From the IMG/VR virus record IMGVR_UViG_3300047157_000186: a stretch of DNA of 64,000 bases. One strand, given 5' to 3'. Of this stretch, positions 20,801 to 32,367 are shown piece after piece. Position numbers and translations under genes: made by a program. The DNA comes from a virus. Its lineage: Duplodnaviria; Caudoviricetes. Numbering within the stretch: the first letter of the stretch is position 1; each line of letters opens with the position of its first letter. The notes under the pieces are model-generated. The model saw nothing but the letters and a program-made list of their open reading frames with translations. It did not search any database and was not told the DNA's origin.

Positions 20801-23393
20801 ATGGCATTAAGTCCTCAATTATTACAGTTCAAAAGCTCAGGCGTATATCGCTTAGAGTTTGACAAATCACAGACCGTTAACATCCCTGCTGAAACTATTA
20901 GATTAGTTGTAGGTAGATCTAAAAAAGGTCCTTACAACACTCCAGTATTATAGAAGATGTTGAACAATTCAAACAAGTTTTCGGTGGGTATTGATAAGTC
21001 TTTAGAAAAGAAAGGAATGTTCTTCCACAGATCAGCTATCGAAACTCTATCAAGAGGTCCGATTTTGGCATTAAACTTAACTATCAGCTGACGCAGCTGA
21101 TAGAAGTATGCAATTTTATCTCCAGCAACTAATTCTCTCAAGAAGGTTTATCAGCTAAACACTTCAAGCTTCTGTTCTAAGAAATTTAGCGATGTATTTG
21201 ATACAGATAAGTTTTGGAATCCTTCTGATGATCAAAATTATTACTGCTGCTGCAGAAGACGACTCAAACCACGCAATCATTTGTAATATCAAACAAGATC
21301 CTATTACAGTTATCGTAGACAAGCTGCTGATACTAGAGGTTTTGAATTAACAGCAAGAGAATGGTACGGTGAAGGAAATATTCCAGAAGGAATCGAAGCT
21401 TAGAATACGTATCTGACTACATGGTAGATGTATTTGTATTCAAAGGTAAGTTTGATGCACAAGTATTAAATAATGACCCAACATACGGAGCATATTTTAA
21501 TCAAAGATGGATTATTAAAATCAGAATTTGCAAAATTCACTGGTTTAAGAGAAGTAACTTTTTAGCACAATACACTGGATCATCTTTAATTCCTGAATTT
21601 AAGATGCAAGAAGGTCGTCAATTATACATTGAGACTTTAATTAACTTGGAAGCTAGAAGAACAGGTTTATTCTGTGCTGTCAAGAAGATGCTTTAGAAGC
21701 AATTGATTTCGTAGGTAAAGGGTACCAAGATTATAAAGTATTATCACATTTGCACAAGATGCTATGATGCAATACCAAGAGTTAACTATTAGAAACGCTA
21801 AGTATTTAAATCTTTACATCACAACAGAGTAAGAGCTGCTTTAGAAGGAGAATTTACTCCAATTAGTTCAATAAGCCCATCTGGATCTATTAGGTGCAAA
21901 TGGACTTGATTACGTAGGAATCGGTTCAGTTGAAGAATTACAACCACTTGGAGATATAAACGTAGTAAAAATTACTGCAGCAGGTGGAAACGCATTTAGT
22001 TCAACTTACGCAGCAGCAAGTGCAGATAAATTAACTGCATATTTAAGAGCTCAATCAGCTACAATAGAATATACTACTATCGAGCCTAACTCGAGAGCAG
22101 TTATGTTACCAACATTAGTTGATGATTATTCATTTACTCCACTAGGAGCTGGACAATTTAGATTATCCGCTACTTTAGCTAAAGATACATTTGATTGGTC
22201 AGAAGTTTCAGTAGGAATGTATATTCCAGCTGACGGAACTGAATTAGCAAGAATTAAAAGAATTATTAAGACTACTGAAGGTGGTTCTAATATTTATTCA
22301 TTCGAATGTCACAGACCTGTATCTTTAAGACCAGAATATGCTCTTAAAAGATATGAAGAAAGTACAACTACTTATACAGTATTCCCATTAGCGGCTGCAA
22401 CACAGAGCGCTAAAACAAAAGCTGAGTTATTAACTCAACTAAGACCAGGAAATGGATTATCAAACACATTAATTGACAAGGACGCAATTACATTCAGATA
22501 TGTTGTTGATACATTCGGATCATTAGAAAACAGTGGAATCTTAAATAAAGAAGAATTACTCAACTTTGTAAAGAAAGACAAAATGCATCTGCAATTCTTA
22601 ACGCACCAATGGTGAAAGAATTTAAAGGATCAACTAATCCTTCTTTTAAAGACGCTAATACTGGATCATTCGATACAAGATTACGTATGCAACTGGTGGT
22701 AATTTAGAACTTAACCCAACTGCAGTGTATACATTACCAAGTATCAATGAAGGTGCAAACTTACGCATTCTACTATGGTCCTGGTCTTAATGTATTGAGA
22801 ACGGTAAAACAAAGGTGATTCCACCAGCGGCTTACGTATCTAATAACTACATTGACAAATACTTAGACGCATTACCATGGTCAATCATTGCAGGACCAAG
22901 AAGAGGTGTTGTAGGTGGTACAGGTGTACAAGGTTTAGAATTCGCATTTGATAAAAATGATAGAGATTACTTAGAGCCATTTGGTTAACCCAATCGTATT
23001 CGAAAGAGGCGTTGGTTTAACTATCAAAGGTAATAAAACTGCACAACAAGGAGTTCAATCAGCATTATCTTCAGCTCACGTAAGAGAAGCAATGATCTAT
23101 ATTGAAGATGGTTTAGCAGAAATCTTAAAAACTACCTATTCGAGTTTAACAACGCTCAAACTAGATTAGAGATTAAAACTTTAGCAGATAACTTTATGGA
23201 ATCAGTTAAAAAAGACGGAGGTGTATACGACTATAGAAACGTCATGGACGGAACAAACAACACTAACGAGGTTATCGATAACAACATGGGTATTTTAGAT
23301 ACATTCGTTGAGCCAGTTAAAGGTCTTGAAATCTTAGTATCGAGAGTAACTATCTTGAATACAGGAGAAATCGCAACAGGAAACTTTGCATAA
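20801..23393 (+). CDS. gp18: Tail sheath protein (gp18-like), fragmented by many indels
   Basis: MALSPQLLQFKSSGVYRLEFDKSQ, KGPYNTP, IAGPRRG, NPIVFERG, GNKTAQ, HVREAMIYIE, ILDTFVEPVKGLEILV. Confidence 0.92.
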
Positions 23394-23428
23394 CAAAATT
23401 AGATATATAAAATAAACACATACAAATT

Positions 23429-23986
23429 ATGGCTTTACCACATTATTCAGAAGATCAAACTAGCAAGAAAGGTAAGAATTTCGAACCAGTACAGGCTAAC
23501 CTATTTGAGGTAACTATTTTACCTCCTGACGGTGTTGCTGGACAAGAGATGTTATTACAACATGTTAAACACTATTTCTGGTCTTGCAGGATTACATAAA
23601 GAAGTTGCTGCTATCGAACAAAAGTATAAATTTGCTACTAGATCTTATGCTGGTATGATTGATAGAACTGCGTTAGATATAACTGTAAACTTTTCATTAA
23701 ACTTAAATGATTCTAACCAAGCGTACTTATATAAAACATTAGACAATGGTACAGAGCACAATACAATCCAGAAACTGGTGAAATGGGTCTTAAAAAGAAT
23801 TATGTAGGTACAATCGTAATCGTACAATTCAACAGAGAAGGTGATATTTTTAGAAAAGTAACACTTGATGACTGTTTCATCACTTCAGGTCTTGGATTTA
23901 CAGATGCATTAGATTATTCATCTGCAGAAGTACAAACATTAGAGATCACTTGGAGATCTGATGTATATGCAGAAGAAGTAAACTAA
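23429..23986 (+). CDS. gp19: Tail tube protein (gp19-like), two indels
   Basis: EPVQANLFEVTI, ITVNFSLNLN, IVQFNREGDIFRKVTL, LDYSSAEVQTLEITWRSD; follows the sheath gene. Confidence 0.85.
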
Positions 23987-24002
23987 TTATTAATTAATTA
24001 CA

Positions 24003-24038
24003 AATAAGAAGGTGTATAATTACATCTTCTTATTTTTT
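24003..24038 (+). terminator. Rho-independent terminator after the tail tube gene
   Basis: 14-bp stem AATAAGAAGGTGTA/TACATCTTCTTATT plus T run. Confidence 0.85.
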
Positions 24039-24078
24039 GCAAGATAAATATAATATATTATTAACATATCAAATTATT

Positions 24079-24297
24079 ATGAATAACCACAAATTAACAA
24101 AAAAACTACAAGTTCTCTTAACGGAGGACGAGGTTTCTTCGGTTAATCGATGCATTTTAAACGATGCAATAGATACTGAAACGAGGCCAGTTTCTGTTAG
24201 TGCATGGATAAGAGACTTAATAAAAAAAGAACTAAGTCTACAATCTATTGACCAACAGTCGTTTATTAAAAATAAAGTAAAAAATTTAAATAAGTAA
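24079..24297 (+). CDS. Small hypothetical protein, possibly ribbon-helix-helix-like
   Basis: KKLQVLLTEDE...SVSAWIRDLIKKEL pattern; ATG 24079 is more plausible than the TTG at 24037. Confidence 0.45.
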   Translation: MNNHKLTKKLQVLLTEDEVSSVNRCILNDAIDTETRPVSVSAWIRDLIKKELSLQSIDQQSFIKNKVKNLNK

Positions 24298-24302
24298 ATA
24301 AC

Positions 24303-25305
24303 ATGAGTAAAGAAAACCAAAACAAAAAAGAAGAAGCTGCAAAAAAAATGCTGGAAGCCAGAGATAGTATCAATGAGCCAGTACAAGACAACTCAGTAGA
24401 AGATGTTTCTGTTGAAATGTTAGATGCAGTCGAGTCCAAGGGACTTGGTAAAGTAAACATGGACCAATTCGGACAAGCTAGACCAGATAAAACTTCGGAT
24501 CAATTCCTAGGTTGGATGGTTTTAGATCAGTCGGAATTACCATCTAATGGTAAATTTTATCCAAACGGATGTGTTATTAAAATTAGATCAGCGAGAGCTG
24601 CTGAGATTAGACACTTCTCAACTATGGATGAAGAGAACTATATTGATATGGAAGAAAAACTAAACCATATTGTAGAGATGTGTACTCAGATTATGGTTGG
24701 AGATAAGAGAGCATCTTATAAAGATCTTTTAGAAGAAGATAGAATTGTAATTCTATTAGCTATTAGAGATCTTACTTTCCCAGAACCAGAAAATAAGCTA
24801 ATTCTTAAAGGTAAAACTGAAAACTAAAAAAACTGTAGATATTGAATTATCTTCAAGATATTTAGTCGCAACAGAAGTCCCGACAGAAATAGAAGGATAT
24901 TATAGTTCTAAAGAAAGAACATACGTTATCAAAACTAGATCTGCTGGTGAAATCAGAATGCGTCCACCTTCAATTGGTGTTATGCAAGAAATAACTAAGT
25001 ATTTAAAGGATCGTCAAGAAAAAGAAGTTGAATTCGATAAAGCGTTTATACAAGTTTTACCTTATATTACGCCTGATTGGAGACAATTAAACTTACCTAA
25101 GATCTTTAATTTAGAAGTAGATTACAAAGCATGGGATCAGAAAAAGTTTATGGTAATTTATAGGTTAGCTGAAAAAATGAAAATTGGTGTACAAACAACA
25201 CTAGAAATGGAATTCGATGGGGAGATCGCAAAAGCCCCTCTTGATTTCCCAGGTGGCATCAAAAGTCTTTTCATTATTTCAGATCTCGCTGGAGAATTAC
25301 TTTAA
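24303..25305 (+). CDS. gp26: Baseplate hub assembly / tail chaperone (gp26-like), one indel near 24825
   Basis: ELPSNGKFYP, DLLEEDRIVILLAIRDLTF, IRMRPP; ends GGIKSLFIISDLAGELL. Confidence 0.65.
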
Positions 25306-25552
25306 GACTAAGTTCTATCTGGGCATACATCTCAGAATGCAACCTTCAGAAATAGAAAATTTATTTTATTATGAATTTTGGTACTATGTAAAAAATCTGT
25401 CGGACTACATTAAAGAGAAGAATAATCAGAACAAGGATCAACAAGAACAACAGGCACAACAACAGAGTGAAATGAGCTCTAAATATAAAACGCCTAAGAT
25501 GCCGTCGGTCCAATCTTTTAAAGCACCTTCTATGAAGATGCCTAAATTTTAA
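25217..25552 (+). CDS. gp51-like baseplate hub / tail assembly protein overlapping the gp26 3' end in the +1 frame; true start uncertain
   Basis: SLENYFKTKFYLGIHLRMQPSEIENLFYYEFWYYV resembles T4-like gp51 SLENYYKTNF...ELENM.PWE. Confidence 0.6.
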   Translation: MGRSQKPLLISQVASKVFSLFQISLENYFKTKFYLGIHLRMQPSEIENLFYYEFWYYVKNLSDYIKEKNNQNKDQQEQQAQQQSEMSSKYKTPKMPSVQSFKAPSMKMPKF

Positions 25553-25564
25553 AGATATATAAAG

Positions 25565-25605
25565 AGTATGGACAAGCGCTACATAAGTAGCGTTTGTCTT
25601 ATACT
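25565..25605 (+). other. Strong hairpin in the tape measure gene leader
   Basis: GACAAGCGCTAC-ATAA-GTAGCGTTTGTC core extended by AGTAT/ATACT. Confidence 0.7.
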
Positions 25606-25625
25606 AAAAAACATACACATATAAC

Positions 25626-28600
25626 TTGGCTCAATTAATTCCAAAATTTCTAGCAAGTGCATTCGAAAGAATGGGTAATAGTGATAAAGCTCTAGAACAA
25701 GTAGCAATAAATACTGGAACAACGGCTGCCGCTGTATCGGTGGGTGGTGATCTTTATGAAAAAATGGATGAGCTTGTTAAAGCTCTTGGTGCTGGAGGTG
25801 GCGGAAAGAAAGGTGACCTTTCAATTAAAGAAGCATTAGTCCTTAGAATTACTGCAGGTGCCTTAGAACCTATTGGACTTGGTTTAGGAGTAATTATTGA
25901 CGCGTTAGAAAGAGCACCTGACGGTAAAGAACTTAAACTAAAAATGGAAGCCTTAACTAACGGGCTTTTAGCATTAGGTGATGTTGGTTATTCAATAGTA
26001 AAATTTGCTGCAATGATGATTTTAGCATTGCCTCTATTAATAGTGGCTGGTGTGGCCATGTTATTGATAGTGCCTATATTAAAACTCATGGTAGATGGCC
26101 TCATGTGGGCAACTAAGAAGTTGGATAAAAAACAACTGAAGAAAATAGCAATGCTTGGTGAAATAGGTGCTAATATTTTAATATTAGCAGTTAGTTTAGT
26201 ATTGGTTGGTTTATTAGCAACATTTGCAATGAAAGGTGTCTTAGTAGCTGCAGGTATTATGTTAGGACTTGCAGGTGTTATGTTACTTTTAGATAAAATG
26301 GGATTTGATCCTAAAGGAATGAATAAATTTGCTAAGGCGTTAAAGAATTTAGCACTAGGAATTTTAGGATTATCTGTAGGTTTAATATTAATAGGATTTT
26401 TAACACAACCAATTTTAATTGGATTAGCAACAGCAATGTTGGTAATATTAACTATTGGTGGAGTATTCTGGTTGATGAATAAGTTGAAGATTGCTAAATC
26501 AATGAGAAAGACTAGTAGAGCTTTAGTTTTTGCAGCTATGGCAATTTTATCAGTCTCTGTAGCATTAGTATTGTCTGCATTAATAGTAAAATCATTAGGT
26601 TGGTTAGAAGTAGGTAAAGTATTACTACTCGTTGGTGCAGTTGCCCTCACATTCTTTGTAATTAATAAAGTATTAGGTAAGCAATCTAGAAAAGGAGCAA
26701 TGTTAATGATATTTGCAGCTGGAGCTATATTAGCGGTTGCTGTTGCAATATTTTTAGCCAGATTACTTATAGGACCAGTCAACGCTGAGAATATTCTCGA
26801 AACATTCGGAGTTTTAGTAGTTATTGGAGCAGTTGCATTAGTATTTGGAATCGCAGGTTTAGCACACAAATTTATTAAAAAAGGTGCTATAGCCTTGGCT
26901 TTCGCTGGAGGAGCGATGATAGTAATAGCAATAGGTGTCTTTGCAATGAAAAAGGCAATTGATGGCATGTCATGGGGTAACCTAGGAATGATTGCGGCCA
27001 TTATAGTAGGTTTAGGTCTCGCTATGGGAATAGCAGGTGCTGGACCTCTTCCAGGTTTTATTGCGCTTGGATCAGCAGCGATGATAGTTGCAGGTATTGC
27101 ATTGGTAGTAATTGGAGCAGGAGTTATGGTTTTTGCTAAAGCACTAAAAGATATGACTTGGGAAAAGGTAGGCATGATGGGTGCTATCATAGGAGGAGTT
27201 GCGAGTGGCAATGGGTCTAGCAGGACTAGGTGCAATTTTCATAGCCGCAGGTGCCGCAGTAATGATATTAGCGGGAGTTGCATTGATTACATTAGGAAAG
27301 GGATTAGAAATAATTGCAAAAGTTGACTTTAATAAATTAGGTAATGTAAACAAAAGAGGTTCGGGCGCATTTAATGATTCTGGTGAAATGACTTCCGGAT
27401 TTTTAGGAATGTTTAAGAGAAAGAAAACTAATTTTGAAGTTGCAATCGAGTCTATTGTAGATTCAATGTCATTAGGTCCACTATCTATTATAGGTGTATT
27501 AGCGGGAGCACCAGTTGTATTATTAGCTGGAGCTGCGATGATAAAAGTTGCTCAAGGGTTAGGAGATGTTCAAAAACTTACAGAAAAAGTAAACTTAAAA
27601 ACTTTAGGTAAAAGTGTAGGTGAAATGGTCTTTACTATTGCAGATGCATTTGGAGCAATTGGTAAGAAATATCCAGGTGGTAAACAATCTTTATTTTCTT
27701 CTATAATGGGAGGAGGCGGAGGATCTTTTGTATCACAAGGTGTTTCTTCTACAATGGGAATGGGATCAGCATTATCTGGTATCGCAAGAGGTATGCAGGC
27801 AATGGCGAATTTAAAATTCCCAGTAAAATATGATAAAGAAGGAAATCCAATAGAATTTGAATCTATGGATTCTGACGCTCCTGTAAAAGTGGCAGTAAAC
27901 GCTGCAATGATTACTGGAGTATTAGCAGATGTATTTGGCAGAATAGGTAAGAAATACCCTGGAGGTAAGAAATCTCTATTCGCACAGATAATGACAGGTA
28001 AAGGTAATTCACCGGTTGCTGATGGTATATCTTCGGTACAAGGTATGGGTAGCGCACTTACTAATGTTGCTAAAGGATTTCAAGCAATGGCAATGCTAAA
28101 CTTCCCAGTAGAATGGGATGAAGAAGGTAAGCCAATTAAGTTTGAAACTATGGATATAAAAACCAATGGTAAATTGGTTATGGACAATACTAAAGAGATT
28201 GTAAAAGGTTTATCAGCAGTATTCGGAGAAATTGGTTCTAATCCAGATGCAGAATCATCTTGGTGGGGAGGTAAATCAAAAATTCAAAAAGGTATTGATC
28301 TTGTAACTGGAGTTGGTACTCCACTTATAAATTTAGCAAAGGGTGTACAAAATATGGCTAGCCTTAAATTTCCAAAAGGATTTGATGCAGACGGTAAAGC
28401 AACAGGATATGATACATTAAGTTCACCAGCTGAAGTAATGGAAAAAGTAACTGGAAATACTAAAATGTTAATTAGAGCATTAGTTGAAGTATTTACTGAA
28501 ATTGGTGGAATGAGTGGAACATCTTCAGATTATTGGTGGTGGGATAATTCTAAATTTACAAAAGGAGCTGAATTAGTTACAACAATGTCAACACCATATC

Positions 28601-29337
28601 AAAAATTAGGAACAGCACTTAAAGAAGTTATGGCATCTGTCGGTAAAATGGACACTAAATCATTTGCCGGTAAAATGCAAGATATTATTAAAGTATTTGT
28701 AGGCGCTGGAGAAGAAGCTCAAGATACAAAACTCCTTGATCATAGAAGGTGGTATATAAAAGCTATGGGAAGTTCATTTGAAAAAATGAAAACCGCAGTA
28801 CCAGCTATTGTAAAAGGAGCCAATGGTTTTGATAAGAAAAGAGGAGCAGCATTCTTTAGTTCATTAATTGGAGCCACTGATAAAGGCCAAAGAGTTCAAG
28901 GTTATGATGCACAGAAAAAACTATGGTATGCCATAGGACATAGTACTACCAAAATGAGTACTTCTATGCCAGGAATTGCACAAGCAATTAATAACATGGA
29001 TCTAGCTAAATTAACAGAAGCTAGAACAATGTTTGAAGCATTAGCGGTTCTTAGTGAAGGAGGCAATCCTAATGATATACTCGCTAAAATGGGAGAATCA
29101 TTAGAAGAGGCAATGTGGAATTTAGGAGAAATGTTACAGACTGTCGCATCTTCGATGCAAGCAAATACAGATCAAATGGCAGAAACGTCTATGGGATCGG
29201 ATGGTAGTAATGCAGCAGACGACGGAGGAAGTTCGAATAGTGGTGGCAGTGTAGGAAGTGTTAGAATGCCTTCTCAGATGGCTGTTAAAATCACTAACTT
29301 GCAAGCTTTAGCAAGAGTCATGAAACAAGGTTATTAA
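25626..29337 (+). CDS. Tape measure protein (about 1,240 aa), split by one indel near 27203
   Basis: Long hydrophobic Ala/Gly/Ile repeats followed by repeated KFPxxxDxEGxP units; follows tube and chaperones; TTG start. Confidence 0.85.
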
Positions 29338-29396
29338 ATTTTAATTTTATCTGAAACATTTATAATCTTTATGATATAAGTATCAAATACTATATT

Positions 29397-29681
29397 ATGA
29401 GAACATCAACAACATCTTATTATGATTCATCAACAATAACACATGCGTCATATAACTTTACTTCTAAAGACTTAACAGTTCATTTTAATCATGCTACATA
29501 CGTATATGAAGATGTATCATTAGAAGACTTCATATTATTCGAAGGAGCCAAATCACAAGGTAAAGCATTAAATGAGTTTATTAAACCAAATCACTCATTT
29601 GAAAAACTAGAAACAATAGAAACAGCACCAGGTAGTTTACTAGATGAATTACCACCAGCTGATTATCAAATGGGAAATTAA
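29397..29681 (+). CDS. KTSC domain protein
   Basis: SSTITHASYN...LTVHFNHATYVYEDV...AKSQGKALNEFIK. Confidence 0.8.
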   Translation: MRTSTTSYYDSSTITHASYNFTSKDLTVHFNHATYVYEDVSLEDFILFEGAKSQGKALNEFIKPNHSFEKLETIETAPGSLLDELPPADYQMGN

Positions 29682-29720
29682 CATAATCTCTTTAGCCCAA
29701 GAACTAAATAAATAAACAAT

Positions 29721-30038
29721 ATGGAACAAACAACAGCGTTCGTTTTAGGTGTACTATCAGTGTTGGCAATTGTCGGCGTTTATCGTATGTTTAAAGTGGC
29801 ATTTAGGGTCAAAGACCTACAGGAAGATATTGATGACCTCAGAAATGTTATCAATGAAATTGAAATGGATCTAGGACAAACTTCGGATTTACTAGACCGT
29901 AGAATTGATGGTGAAATTGATAGAGTAGACAACTCAGTTGAAGAACTCTATAAGTACATTGATTCTAGAACTGATAAGATGGAATCAAGATGCGATTCTA
30001 AATTTAAAGAAGTAGAAACAAAAATTAAAAAGAAATAA
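29721..30038 (+). CDS. Hypothetical protein, N-terminal TM helix plus coiled coil
   Basis: [16 protein letters not shown] followed by a heptad pattern. Confidence 0.6.
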   Translation: MEQTTAFVLGVLSVLAIVGVYRMFKVAFRVKDLQEDIDDLRNVINEIEMDLGQTSDLLDRRIDGEIDRVDNSVEELYKYIDSRTDKMESRCDSKFKEVETKIKKK

Positions 30039-30069
30039 TATAAACCTTTGGGCAAGGGAGTTTATGTTA

Positions 30070-30155
<86 letters not shown>

Positions 30156-30212
30156 AAAAATTGAAACAAACCAAATATACTTTATATAAGTATTAAATAA
30201 CATTTTAAATTA

Positions 30213-30410
30213 ATGACAAAGGCAAGTATTGTACAACGATTGTTAGATAAAAAAACAATCACAGCTGAAGAAGCCGTAGTTCTACTAAAGAGCGAAACTA
30301 TCAATATTCCAATGTATACTCCGAATCCTTATTTTAGCGATCCGAATTGGTCAACTCCACCTCCAGTATGGTGTGAAGATCAAGATAATACAACTAGCAA
30401 CATCGATTAA
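30213..30410 (+). CDS. Small hypothetical protein
   Basis: ORF after the middle promoter at 30163. Confidence 0.6.
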   Translation: MTKASIVQRLLDKKTITAEEAVVLLKSETINIPMYTPNPYFSDPNWSTPPPVWCEDQDNTTSNID

Positions 30411-30421
30411 ATAATAGACTG

Positions 30422-30574
30422 ATGAAAAAGCGTAAACAATCACGTGAGGATTATAATCCCGAAGAAAGAAAGCGTAAGATTAACTTTAAGAAAAAGAAAC
30501 AACGCTATGAAGATAACTACTTTGATCCTAAAAGATTAAGTGAATTGGAAGATTTTGATGAAGAACATGAGTGA
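30422..30574 (+). CDS. Small basic/acidic hypothetical protein (50 aa)
   Basis: MKKRKQSREDYNPEERK...DFDEEHE; overlaps the next start. Confidence 0.55.
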   Translation: MKKRKQSREDYNPEERKRKINFKKKKQRYEDNYFDPKRLSELEDFDEEHE

Positions 30575-30779
30575 AGAAGATTTTATTTATAGACACATTG
30601 AGAGCATATTAGATGTTCCAGGTGATCTTAGTTCTGGTATCAATGGTTGTATACTCGCAAGTGCATATGATAGAACCTGCCGTATTCTAAAAGAACATGG
30701 AGCAACGAAACCACTAATAGTAGATACTATAGATGATCCAGAATGTGAATTGACATATTTAGTAGAAAATGGACAATAA
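30567..30779 (+). CDS. Small hypothetical protein
   Basis: ATG 30567 is in frame with the ORF-track call at 30540. Confidence 0.55.
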   Translation: MSEEDFIYRHIESILDVPGDLSSGINGCILASAYDRTCRILKEHGATKPLIVDTIDDPECELTYLVENGQ

Positions 30780-30896
30780 AATGATATTTTGGGATGAGAT
30801 GTGGAATCAAAGTACACCGACTCCAACGCCAACGCCAACTATAGAATGTTGTGGTGAATGGGATAAAGATGGTAAATGTAATTGTAAAGATAAATA

Positions 30897-31229
30897 ATGG
30901 GACTTTTAGAAAAAATAGCGTGGAGAACACGTAAATGGAATTTAAAAATTAATATATTAGATATTTTCATTCATGATGGAGATGGTTGCTGGGGTTTTAC
31001 ATTTTTAGAAGTCGTTCATAATTTTAAAACAAGAGCTTTACTTGCATTTGAATTTAGATTACCAAATGGCGGAAACATTAAACAATTCAGTATTGACAAT
31101 TGGGATTTCTTATTTCTTAGAAGTTTTCTTTATAACCAATGGGAAGTATTGGATGAAAGACGAATGTGGTCAGGTCCTCTTTCCAAGTGGGATGAAATTA
31201 AACTAAATATTTTAAGTAAAATTTTATAA
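30897..31229 (+). CDS. Hypothetical protein
   Basis: 110 aa ORF. Confidence 0.55.
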   Translation: MGLLEKIAWRTRKWNLKINILDIFIHDGDGCWGFTFLEVVHNFKTRALLAFEFRLPNGGNIKQFSIDNWDFLFLRSFLYNQWEVLDERRMWSGPLSKWDEIKLNILSKIL

Positions 31230-31258
31230 ACAAATATAAAACTCTACATATAAACTAC

Positions 31259-31732
31259 ATGAAAATAATACTAGTAGGCAAAGCAGCATCCGGAAAGGAT
31301 TTTTTAAAACACAGATTACACAAAAAAGGATTTACAATAGGCGTAAGTCATACTACTAGATTACCTAGAAATAGCGAAATAGACGGAGAAGATTATCATT
31401 TTGTAACAGAAAATAAGTTTAAAGAAATGATAGTTAATGGTGATTTCATAGAGTATATGGAATTTAATGGATGGTATTATGGACAAACTGAAACAGATTT
31501 TGACAATGCAGATATAATGATTATGTCTAAAGATGGTTTAGATATGTTGCCACAGCAATATAGAAATCAATGTATCGTTCTTTATTTAGACATTGATAGA
31601 ATGACTAGAATTGAAAGACTTAATTACAGAAATGATGTAAATGATTCTATCATGAGAAGAATGAATACTGATGATCAACAATTTGCGGGCTTTAAAGACT
31701 ATGATATTAAAATAAAAAACGCAGATTTTTAA
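31259..31732 (+). CDS. gmk: Guanylate kinase-like protein
   Basis: GKAASGKD P-loop, VSHTTRLPRNSEIDGEDYHFV, GWYYG. Confidence 0.9.
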   Translation: MKIILVGKAASGKDFLKHRLHKKGFTIGVSHTTRLPRNSEIDGEDYHFVTENKFKEMIVNGDFIEYMEFNGWYYGQTETDFDNADIMIMSKDGLDMLPQQYRNQCIVLYLDIDRMTRIERLNYRNDVNDSIMRRMNTDDQQFAGFKDYDIKIKNADF

Positions 31733-31769
31733 GAGAGATAAATAATAAACACAATTAAACAATTATAAT

Positions 31770-32276
31770 ATGAACACAAAGTTAAAAACACGTCAAACAG
31801 AATTGGCAGTTGAAATCGATGCATTACAGACTGAAGCAGCAGAGAAACGTTTTGAAATTACATTTGATAATGTAAAAGCAATCAAGACAGTTCAAGAACA
31901 CCTTAATAAAGGTTATACTTGGAAAACACAAAACGCTGCAGTAGTTGTATCTTTGTATGATCAATTTAAAACACAAGGTAAAAATCTAACAGCTGATTCT
32001 GATCCTGTTATTTCTTTAAGGGGTCATGAATTAAATGCACTTTATCAAGCACTTCTTAATGTAGAAGGAACTGGAATTGAAAATGCACGTAGATTTATTA
32101 CTATGTTAACCCAAATAGGTGAAGCTGTAGGAACAGCGATGCAAGATTTAAGTACTATGAATACTACGTTAAATGATTTGCATGCTGAACTAGCAGAAAT
32201 TGATGCTCAGTTAGATGCTGATGCTAACGTGGAAGTAGTTTCACCAGAATTAGAAACTGTTAAATCTACAAAGTAA
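31770..32276 (+). CDS. Hypothetical coiled-coil protein
   Basis: 168 aa ORF, GATAAATA box at 31737. Confidence 0.6.
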   Translation: MNTKLKTRQTELAVEIDALQTEAAEKRFEITFDNVKAIKTVQEHLNKGYTWKTQNAAVVVSLYDQFKTQGKNLTADSDPVISLRGHELNALYQALLNVEGTGIENARRFITMLTQIGEAVGTAMQDLSTMNTTLNDLHAELAEIDAQLDADANVEVVSPELETVKSTK

Positions 32277-32288
32277 GATTTAACCATT

Positions 32289-32332
32289 AATAAAACAATA
32301 AAGCGATAGGTCAAAGTATCTATTGTTTTATT
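32289..32332 (+). terminator. Intergenic hairpin, probable terminator or processing site
   Basis: AATAAAACAATA/TATTGTTTTATT 12-bp stem with inner GATA/TATC. Confidence 0.55.
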
Positions 32333-32367
32333 GTTATTTTACAAGTAAAAAACTATAATAACCTCAT

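Noticed and set aside
18100-23800. Fragmented terminases, sheath and tube suggesting stop-codon reassignment or introns
   Set aside because: The breaks checked are frame changes, not in-frame TAG/TGA (e.g. GGT[T]AGT ATT GAA near 19806). Intact genes end in TAA, TAG and TGA, no suppressor tRNA is present, and no inserted intron-sized sequence was seen.
24815-24835. Break within the gp26-like gene
   Set aside because: A-rich context; the reading frame continues seamlessly after one indel. Treated as an error, unlike the conserved-looking overlap at 25270-25305.
27190-27215. Frameshift in the tape measure gene as programmed recoding
   Set aside because: Removing one G in GCGAGTG restores the GVAVAMGLAG repeat pattern, and there is no slippery heptamer. 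Most likely an error.
25988-27235. 415-aa minus-strand ORF
   Set aside because: Antisense shadow of the hydrophobic tape-measure repeats; no promoter or recognisable motif.
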